From contig JALWXN010000004.1 in NCBI GenBank assembly GCA_027078545.1, positions 892,133 through 956,132 of the forward strand: a DNA stretch of 64,000 bases, written 5' to 3'. A program made the translations under genes and the position numbers. Position 1 is the first letter of the stretch; each line of letters opens with the position of its first letter. Of this stretch, positions 57,211 through 64,000 are shown piece by piece. The stretch is from Nitrososphaeria archaeon (GTDB lineage: Archaea > Thermoproteota > Nitrososphaeria > Geothermarchaeales > JDFR-13). The notes beneath the pieces are model-generated. The model was given only the letters and a program-made list of their open reading frames with translations, was not told the DNA's origin and did no database searches.

Positions 57211-58101
57211 CTACTCCCCACGCCTCCTATATGGCATGCCCAGAGTCCTAGGCGCCCCGACCAGCCTCCTCAGCCTAGGTATGTGGAGCATGGTTAGGAA
57301 GATTATCGTCGCTATGTAGGGCGTGGTAGAGGCTAGGCGGGAGTCTATCGGGATGCCCAGAACCTGAACCAGTATACCCGCCTGTGTCAATAATCCGAAG
57401 AGGTGTGACACGGGCAGAGCAAGTAGGGGGTTCCACAGGGAGGTTATCACCAGTGCAAGGGCTATCCATCCCCTTCCACCGGATACGCCGAAGCTCCATA
57501 CAGGGATTAGGGAGAGGGTGAGCTTGGCACCCGCCAAGCCTACTATGAAGCCACCAATAACTACAATGTAGAGCCTAAGCCTATAGACGTCGTAGCCCAG
57601 GTAGTCCAGCCCCTCAGGATTATCCCCGAGACCCCTGATGACTAGGCCGGTCTTCGTCCTACTCAGTATGATGTATAGGGTCGGGGCTAGGAGATAGGCC
57701 AGTAGTGTCAGGATATCCAGCATCGGGAGGAGCTGTGGGAGCTTCTCAACCTCAATACCTGTGAACCCACTACCCAGTGCACTGCTTAGGCCCAGGCCTA
57801 TGAAGAGGACGGCCAGCCCACTCAGGACCTGGTCGCCCCGCAGGTATATGCTTAGGAAGCCATGGATAGATGCTAGGAGCGACCCTGCCAGGCCGGCTAG
57901 TAGGATGGCCAGGAGGTGGCTCCCAGTTGTGATGTAGACAGCGACCGCTGTGAGGGCGGATAGTGATATGATCCCCTCGACGCCCAGGTTTAGTATACCC
58001 GCCCTCTCCTTCAACAGCTCCCCAAGCGACGCGAGCAGTAGTATGGTGGAGGAGTCTATAACTAGCTGGACTATAGCCTCCTGGCCAGCCATCCTATCCA
58101 C
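57211..58101 (-). CDS. ABC transporter permease (BMP/nucleoside-type)
   Basis: Multi-TM protein with family-typical LNLGVEG segment; overlaps neighbouring permease. Confidence 0.75.
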   Translation of the reverse strand: MDRMAGQEAIVQLVIDSSTILLLASLGELLKERAGILNLGVEGIISLSALTAVAVYITTGSHLLAILLAGLAGSLLASIHGFLSIYLRGDQVLSGLAVLFIGLGLSSALGSGFTGIEVEKLPQLLPMLDILTLLAYLLAPTLYIILSRTKTGLVIRGLGDNPEGLDYLGYDVYRLRLYIVVIGGFIVGLAGAKLTLSLIPVWSFGVSGGRGWIALALVITSLWNPLLALPVSHLFGLLTQAGILVQVLGIPIDSRLASTTPYIATIIFLTMLHIPRLRRLVGAPRTLGMPYRRRGE

Positions 58102-59099
58102 CTCTCCAGGTACTGGGTAGAGACGAGCATAGCGAGGAGGAGGCCAGTCATCAGGTATGTAGCCTCCGTAGGGATGTCAGCCACTATGGCTAGGGTATAG
58201 GAGCCGTACAGGAAACCCGCAAAGAGTATAGACGCTATGGGGACTAGCAGGGGGTGGTTAGAGGCTAGTAGTGCTACTATAATAGCCGTGTATCCGAGGC
58301 CGGAGGAGAACCTCGGCATAAGCCTGTAGTAGCTCCCGAGGAAGTCGCCAGCACCCGCCAGGCCAGCCAGGAAGCCGCTTATGAAGAGGCCGCTCACTAT
58401 GATCATCCTCCTGTCATATCCAGCATACTCAGCCGCCTCACGGTTAAGGCCGTAGACCCTCAATTTGAAGCCATACCTCGTGTGGAAGAGGAGGTGGTAC
58501 AGCACAGGCGCCAGTAATAGCATGATAGCCAGGCCCCCCACGAACCCCCCTATCTCAGGAAGCCTATAGAGACTGGGTATCTCAGGCGTGACGGGGAACC
58601 CGGTCTGGGGATCCCTCCAGACACCGTAGACCACGTAGTAGAGGAGGTATAGAGCCACGTAGTTCAACATGAGGGTTGTGAGCACCTCGTTAACCCCTAG
58701 CCTCCACCTCAACACCCCTGGGAGAGCCGCGTATAGACCACCTATCAACGCACCCATTAGGAGGGGGACTACAGGCCCTCCACCGTGGAGGCTAAGGATA
58801 TATACTACATATCCAGCAGCCAGCCCTCCAAGGACATACTGCCCCTCGGCACCTATGTTCCAAAGACCCGCCCTGAAGACTATGGATAGGCCCAGCGATA
58901 TTATCCCTAGGGCCGCCGCAAGCCTCATCGTCTCCCTCAGACCGTAGGGGTCTAGGAAGGCGTTCCTAAACATCTTGAGGTAGGCCTCAACAGGGTCTCC
59001 ACCATATAGGATGATCACACCACTATAGGCGGCGACGGCTATAGATACTGCTAGTAGAGTGGCCAATCCCCTGTATAGCTGCATAGGGCTCAGCTCCAC
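58071..59099 (-). CDS. ABC transporter permease (BMP/nucleoside-type)
   Basis: Multi-TM protein with LWNIGAEGQ segment; overlaps ATPase and second permease. Confidence 0.75.
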   Translation of the reverse strand: MELSPMQLYRGLATLLAVSIAVAAYSGVIILYGGDPVEAYLKMFRNAFLDPYGLRETMRLAAALGIISLGLSIVFRAGLWNIGAEGQYVLGGLAAGYVVYILSLHGGGPVVPLLMGALIGGLYAALPGVLRWRLGVNEVLTTLMLNYVALYLLYYVVYGVWRDPQTGFPVTPEIPSLYRLPEIGGFVGGLAIMLLLAPVLYHLLFHTRYGFKLRVYGLNREAAEYAGYDRRMIIVSGLFISGFLAGLAGAGDFLGSYYRLMPRFSSGLGYTAIIVALLASNHPLLVPIASILFAGFLYGSYTLAIVADIPTEATYLMTGLLLAMLVSTQYLERWIGWLARRL

Positions 59100-60406
59100 C
59101 CGATCCCGGACATAAGCATCTTGAGACGGTCTACATCTGCCTTATCAGCGGGCACCGGCTCGGATACCCGGCCCCTATAGACTACAGAGACTAGACCCCC
59201 CAGCATAAGGGCCTCCTCAATATCCTCCGTGAAGTATATCACCTCACAGCCCCTCTCAACCGCCTCCCAAACCCTCCTATGTAGGAGGGCCATGCTCCTC
59301 ATGTCAAGGCCCCTGGTTGGATACATGAGGACACACCTATCCTGGGAGAGCTCCACCTCCCTACCTACTATGAACCTCTGCATATTCCCACCGGATAGAC
59401 GGTCTATAGGGGTATAGATATCCTTGGCGACCACCTCATAAGACCTCACGATCCTAAGTGTAAACTCCTCATAATCCACATCCCTCTCGAGAACCCTGAA
59501 CCTGACATTGTCCACCAGTGACATACCCGGTACCACAGCCCGGTAAGGATTGCCCGGCACATAGCCCGTGAAGCCCCTCGAACCCGATAGATACATGTTA
59601 GCCAGCTCCTCCTGACCATTACCCTCGATCCCCAGGTAGACCCTAAGCAGATCGGTCCCCCCACCACCATGCCTGTCCCCAAGGAACTCCTCCCCCCTGA
59701 ACATCAGTCTATAGAGCCTATCCACGTCATCAACACCACCTGTATAGGCTACCTGCCCATCCCTAAGGACGGTGACCCTGTCACATATCTCGACGACCTC
59801 GTCCAGCCTATGGGATATAAATATGAAGGAGAATCCAGCACCCCTGAGAGCCCTTAGAAGCCGGGCCAGGTCCTCCACCTCGACGGGCGACATGACGGAG
59901 GTGGGCTCATCAAGTATAACTATCCTGGCGCCGGTGGATAGAGCCCTCAGTACCTCTATCTTCTTAACCATACCCCTCTCAAGCCTCTCTACAGGCGTCT
60001 CCAGGTCTACCTCCAGACCCAGCTCATCAACTATCCTGTGGACCCTCTCCACAGCCCCTTTTCCATTGGATAGGCGTATATTCTCGATCCCTGTGAGGCT
60101 GGGTATCAATACGTTGTGCTGTGGAACCATGAATATCCCGTGTCTCCGGGCGTCCTGGGGACTCGATATCCGTGTCTTGACACCCCTTATAGATATCTCG
60201 CCGGCCGAGGGCCTCACCACGCCGTAGAGTACATGGACGAAGCTCGTCTTACCAGCCCCATTCTCACCGACCAGGCCGTGTATCTCCCCCTCGTAGAGGG
60301 TTAGGGATACCCCCTTATTCGCAACCGTCCCGTCGCTATAGACCACCCAGATATTCCTAGCCTCTAGGAGTGGGCTACTCCTCCCCTGGGAGGTCACCCA
60401 CCACAC
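59090..60406 (-). CDS. ABC transporter ATP-binding protein (two nucleotide-binding regions)
   Basis: Walker A GENGAGKTS, Walker B VILDEPTS, second ABC region with LSGGNMQR signature. Confidence 0.85.
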   Translation of the reverse strand: MWWVTSQGRSSPLLEARNIWVVYSDGTVANKGVSLTLYEGEIHGLVGENGAGKTSFVHVLYGVVRPSAGEISIRGVKTRISSPQDARRHGIFMVPQHNVLIPSLTGIENIRLSNGKGAVERVHRIVDELGLEVDLETPVERLERGMVKKIEVLRALSTGARIVILDEPTSVMSPVEVEDLARLLRALRGAGFSFIFISHRLDEVVEICDRVTVLRDGQVAYTGGVDDVDRLYRLMFRGEEFLGDRHGGGGTDLLRVYLGIEGNGQEELANMYLSGSRGFTGYVPGNPYRAVVPGMSLVDNVRFRVLERDVDYEEFTLRIVRSYEVVAKDIYTPIDRLSGGNMQRFIVGREVELSQDRCVLMYPTRGLDMRSMALLHRRVWEAVERGCEVIYFTEDIEEALMLGGLVSVVYRGRVSEPVPADKADVDRLKMLMSGIGWS

Positions 60407-61514
60407 CCTCTAGGAACCACTTCATACTGAGCAGCTCAGACTTGGTCAGCTGCCTACCAGGCTCCGCCCTAACCCTTCCACGCCTATCGACTAGGGGGCC
60501 TGTGAAGGGTTCATAGCTATTCTCAGCCATCAACTCCCTAATCCTCATTATCTCCTCCCTTACATCCTCGGGGACCACGTCCGATATAGGGGAGATCTCT
60601 ACAGCCCCCTCGTAGAAGCCCCACCAATAGTCCTTACTCTCCCAGACACCTGTGTATGCCCTTATAAGTACATCCTCATAGATCACACCCCAGTTAGCCA
60701 GGTGACCAGTCAGGTGGGCGTTGGGGCCATACTTAGACATGTCGCTATAGTGGCTGAAGCTATAGACACCATTCTCCTCAGCCACCTGGAGAACGGTGGG
60801 CGTATCCTCGGTGAAGGCTAGGACGTCGCAGCCAATGCCTATCAACTGCTCAGCAGCTGCACGGGCGGCCTCTGGGTTGAACCATGCGTTTATCCATATC
60901 ACATGGGTCTCAACATCGGGGTTCACCCTCCTAGCCCCGAGGTGGAAGGCGTTGATATGCCTTATGACCTCAGGGATCGGGTGGGCAGCCACATATCCAA
61001 GCTTGTTAGACTCGGTAACGGCACCTGCAGCCATACCGTTGAGGTAGAAGGGCTGATACATACGTATGAAGTATGTACCCACATTCTCCCTCCTCTTGAA
61101 GCCGGAGCAGTGCATGAATATCCTGTCGGGATACCGCCTACCAGCCTCTATAGTGTCGTCCATGTAGCCGAAGCTGGTCGTGAATATGACCTCATACCCC
61201 TCATTGACTAGCTGGGTAATCACGGGTAGAGACTCATTCTCAGGCACAGACTCCACATACTCCGTCTCGAGGAAGTCCAGCCTCTCAGCCACATATCGCC
61301 TACCAAGGTCATGTGCATATGTCCAGCCGAAGTCCTCGACATTGGAGATGTATATCCAGGCGGCCCTAAGAACATCCCTCTCTCCGCCAGGGGTGGCAGC
61401 CTCCTGAGCATCCCCACCAGCGGATAGCCTACCCGCCAGGAAGCCACCGGCTAGGCCTGCAACACCAGCCCCAAACACCTTAACGAACTCACGCCTATCG
61501 CTCATGTTTGACAC
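60375..61514 (-). CDS. BMP-family ABC transporter substrate-binding protein with twin-arginine signal
   Basis: N-terminal Tat-like SDRREFVKVFGAGVAGLAGG; periplasmic binding fold of the basic-membrane-protein (PnrA-like) family. Confidence 0.75.
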   Translation of the reverse strand: MSNMSDRREFVKVFGAGVAGLAGGFLAGRLSAGGDAQEAATPGGERDVLRAAWIYISNVEDFGWTYAHDLGRRYVAERLDFLETEYVESVPENESLPVITQLVNEGYEVIFTTSFGYMDDTIEAGRRYPDRIFMHCSGFKRRENVGTYFIRMYQPFYLNGMAAGAVTESNKLGYVAAHPIPEVIRHINAFHLGARRVNPDVETHVIWINAWFNPEAARAAAEQLIGIGCDVLAFTEDTPTVLQVAEENGVYSFSHYSDMSKYGPNAHLTGHLANWGVIYEDVLIRAYTGVWESKDYWWGFYEGAVEISPISDVVPEDVREEIMRIRELMAENSYEPFTGPLVDRRGRVRAEPGRQLTKSELLSMKWFLEGVVGDLPGEE

Positions 61515-61620
61515 CTTGACAAAAATGTTTAAAACATGGGACTTGAATAAAAATAAATTTTAAGTGTTTATGTAAAGTATGGCATATAAGGGGTCAAGGG
61601 TTTAACGATATGCTTAAATA

Positions 61621-62403
61621 ATGTGGGGTGGATTATTTAGAGAGACCAGCGAATTTAAAGGGTTGTTTAAAATGAAGATGAAGTATGGATACATTGTCAA
61701 GACGATGTATTTCAGGGAGCTCCTGAGGCAGGCCAAGAAGCTCTATAGCTGGGAGCAGATAAGGGAGAGGACTGGGATAGCCCCCTCCACACTCAGCAGG
61801 TATCTACATGGCAGGATAATCCCGAGTCCCGAGAGGCTCGACAGCCTGATAACAATCCTCGAGGAGATGGTGGATATTAGGGAGCTTATACTAAACTACC
61901 TCGCCACGGATAGGTATGGATACCTCAACAACCAGAGGATCATAAGCGACATAGGACTCCTCAAGTTCATAGCCATCAAGACCAGCGTGAAGTATGGAGG
62001 CACACCCGACGTCGTCCTGAGCCCCGCCACGGACGGGGTTCCATACGCAACCCTAGTGGCGGAGTATCTAGGGACACCACTGGTTATAGCTAAGGATAGG
62101 AAGGAGGTGGGTGTCCAGAGGCATATCGAGGCATCAGTGATAAACGAGGATGGGAGTGTGAGGACGCTCTACATAGCCCGTGGCCTCATAAACAAGAACT
62201 ATAGGGTCCTGATAGTTGATGACGTGATAAGGACTGGGGAGACCCATAGGGCGTTGCTACAACTGGTGAAGAAGGCTGGTGCAATACCCATAGGGATCCA
62301 CGTCATAGTAGCGGTTGGCGAGAGGTGGAGGAGCCTGGTGGAGGAGCATGGCGTGGAGGTGGATGCTATCGTCCAGATAGGTTCGCGGCTCGGACAAGGC
62401 TGA
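61621..62403 (+). CDS. HTH-domain / phosphoribosyltransferase-domain protein (putative PRPP-sensing transcriptional regulator)
   Basis: N-terminal HTH-like region (IAPSTLSRYLHG) and C-terminal type I PRTase fold with PRPP-binding VLIVDDVIRTGET; alternative ATG at 61672. Confidence 0.6.
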   Translation: MWGGLFRETSEFKGLFKMKMKYGYIVKTMYFRELLRQAKKLYSWEQIRERTGIAPSTLSRYLHGRIIPSPERLDSLITILEEMVDIRELILNYLATDRYGYLNNQRIISDIGLLKFIAIKTSVKYGGTPDVVLSPATDGVPYATLVAEYLGTPLVIAKDRKEVGVQRHIEASVINEDGSVRTLYIARGLINKNYRVLIVDDVIRTGETHRALLQLVKKAGAIPIGIHVIVAVGERWRSLVEEHGVEVDAIVQIGSRLGQG

Positions 62404-62585
62404 ATACGTCATCCCCCGGGGTAGGTCAGCTCCGGGTAGTGTCGTCATAGCCACTCATCAATATTTACAGATCATCCTGATAAGGCTTCTACTCATTTCT
62501 GATACTGAATATAGATACGCCGGGTCGATACATGCATAGCTTGGTCCACCGTTAAATCCCTTCTACGCCCTACTATCTCTATGCG

Positions 62586-63194
62586 ATGAGGAGGAGTAAG
62601 TATATCGCCCTCACCTCAGTCTTCGGTGGACTCGCAATCCTAACATCTATATCCGGCCTATCCAGGGTATTGGTCTACCCACTAGTCCCATACCTGAAGT
62701 TCGATCCGGCCGAGATCTTCATAGTAATAGCATACCTGATAGGGGGTCTACACGTAGGGCTCACCACATCGCTTATACACCTGGCCGGACTGATGCTCCT
62801 GGCTGACGAGCCTATAGGCCCGGTTATGAAGTTCCTAGCCGTCGCCTCGATGCTCCTAGGGCTGGAGATAAGCGGTAGGCTCGGCCTGGACAGGCTGAAG
62901 AGATACGTATTGACGACGGGGCTCAGGGTCTCCGTGATGACCCTTGTCAACGCTGTGGTCCTATACTTCCTATTCCCAGGCTTCCTAGAGTTCTTCAATG
63001 GATACGTCTCCAGCCTTGGGCTCGAGGGGGCGCTCGCCGCGCTATTCCTAGCTTTGATACTCACAGGGGTCTATAACGCCATCCATACAGTCTTCACCCT
63101 CCTACCCTCCGAGGCTGTGGTTGCCAAGATACTCCCCATCATATCTCCTGTATCACCCTTACGACATCGAGGCGACGAGCCTTTAGATAGTTGA
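62586..63194 (+). CDS. membrane protein (possibly ECF-transporter S-component-like)
   Basis: About 200 aa with 5-6 predicted TM helices; assignment tentative. Confidence 0.4.
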   Translation: MRRSKYIALTSVFGGLAILTSISGLSRVLVYPLVPYLKFDPAEIFIVIAYLIGGLHVGLTTSLIHLAGLMLLADEPIGPVMKFLAVASMLLGLEISGRLGLDRLKRYVLTTGLRVSVMTLVNAVVLYFLFPGFLEFFNGYVSSLGLEGALAALFLALILTGVYNAIHTVFTLLPSEAVVAKILPIISPVSPLRHRGDEPLDS

Positions 63195-64000
63195 CCAGGT
63201 AGACAACACCAAGAACCAGTAGGAATACGATGAGGATGTTCTCGCTGAATAGAGAGGCTATAGGCCTCAAAGGCTCGACGTAGCCAATAGCCGTGGCTCC
63301 ACTCCTAGAGATAAGGTCTGCGAGGAGCATCCCAACGCCTAGGGCCAGGGGCGCGGCTATCGGGAGTATAACCACCAACTGTAGGACGCTGAGCCCCGCT
63401 ATCAAGCCGTTCCCCATACCCAGGCTCTTCATTATGGCGAGCTCCTTGTTACGGGCCTCCGAGTCCACGGAGTAGATCGATGATAGGCTTATAAGGCTGG
63501 CTATTAGGAGGGCAAATACTATGCCCGTGTTGAGCCCCAGTATGAAGTTCATCATGAACTGTATATTATCGATGATCTCCTCCTTCGTGACGTAGTCAAC
63601 GGAGACCAGTGGGTTCTCCTCAATGGCCTCCTTTACCTGCTCAGAGACCTCCTCAGGGTCTCCGGAGACGTCGAGATAGGCGACTAGGGAGCGTCTACCA
63701 AGCTCATCCTCAGGTGTATCAGTCATGAGTATGTACTGCTCCTGGGTCACGAGGAGGTAGTACCCATTATTAAGCCTCGAGATGGAGATACCCACCACCT
63801 TCAGCCTATATATGTCCCCATCAACCGCCGCCTCAATATAGTCACCCACATCTACACCCTTGAGTAGGGCCAGGCTCCTAGATATGACAGCCTCACCTAG
63901 GGCACTAGGGTATCTACCCCTCTCCAGTGGGAAGGCCACACCGGGGTCTCCTGCTAAGCCAGTCACGATCTGTGAGACCTCTACCTGGCCGAAGACGTCT
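63139..64000 (-). CDS. FtsX-like ABC transporter permease (C-terminal part; 5' end probably beyond window)
   Basis: Extracytoplasmic domain followed by three C-terminal TM helices (MacB/FtsX architecture); reading frame stays open to the window edge upstream of the first Met at 63966. Confidence 0.5.
   Translation of the reverse strand, partial: DVFGQVEVSQIVTGLAGDPGVAFPLERGRYPSALGEAVISRSLALLKGVDVGDYIEAAVDGDIYRLKVVGISISRLNNGYYLLVTQEQYILMTDTPEDELGRRSLVAYLDVSGDPEEVSEQVKEAIEENPLVSVDYVTKEEIIDNIQFMMNFILGLNTGIVFALLIASLISLSSIYSVDSEARNKELAIMKSLGMGNGLIAGLSVLQLVVILPIAAPLALGVGMLLADLISRSGATAIGYVEPLRPIASLFSENILIVFLLVLGVVYLVNYLKARRLDVVRVIQEI

Noticed and set aside
62404-62585. 182-nt intergenic region considered as a possible small RNA gene
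   Set aside because: No convincing stable stem-loops or conserved box motifs could be identified by eye; more likely the promoter/5' region of the downstream membrane protein gene.
1-64000. CRISPR arrays, IS elements, integrases or rRNA genes
   Set aside because: I found no regularly spaced direct repeats, no transposase/integrase-like ORFs (DDE or tyrosine recombinase motifs) and no rRNA-like long non-coding GC-rich stretch; the window appears to be core chromosome apart from the AT-rich islet at 43.7-46.1 kb.

Overview
This window reads as a 64 kb chromosomal segment of a hyperthermophilic crenarchaeon (inferred from AGG/ATA-rich codon usage, TATA-like boxes about 25-35 nt upstream of starts, and the gene set: TmcA, PolB2-like polymerase, archaeal Lrp, PP1-type phosphatase). 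It is densely coding on both strands, with about 58 protein genes; I found no rRNA, tRNA, CRISPR array or transposase/integrase. Gene content is mostly housekeeping: central carbon metabolism (PPDK, glycerate kinase, methylcitrate cycle prpC/prpD/prpB, two acyl-CoA dehydrogenases, thiolase plus DUF35 partner, AMP-forming acyl-CoA synthetase), translation and tRNA modification (gatB-gatA-gatC, AlaX, TmcA, THUMP methyltransferase), nitrogen metabolism (lrp-glnA), two ABC transporter operons, a K+ channel and heme O synthase. The most unusual items are: (1) a three-gene operon (13575-19956, minus strand) in which a cytoplasmic PRC-barrel protein, a membrane-anchored trypsin/HtrA-like serine protease and a 1413-aa surface protein with a metzincin-like zinc-protease motif all end in the same C-terminal zinc ribbon; (2) a single 897-aa ORF that fuses a complete GatB to a complete class II AspRS, followed by gatA and gatC; (3) an ASCH-domain gene overlapping the end of tmcA (ac4C writer with a candidate eraser); (4) an AT-rich islet with tandem paralogous secreted proteins, the second disrupted by a frameshift at a C5 run; (5) a PolB2-like family B polymerase with degenerate catalytic motifs in an operon with a degenerate RecA-like protein. 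All functional calls are from motif recognition by eye; no database search was run. The ORF track uses ATG/GTG/TTG starts, so several starts were moved to better-supported internal ATGs.
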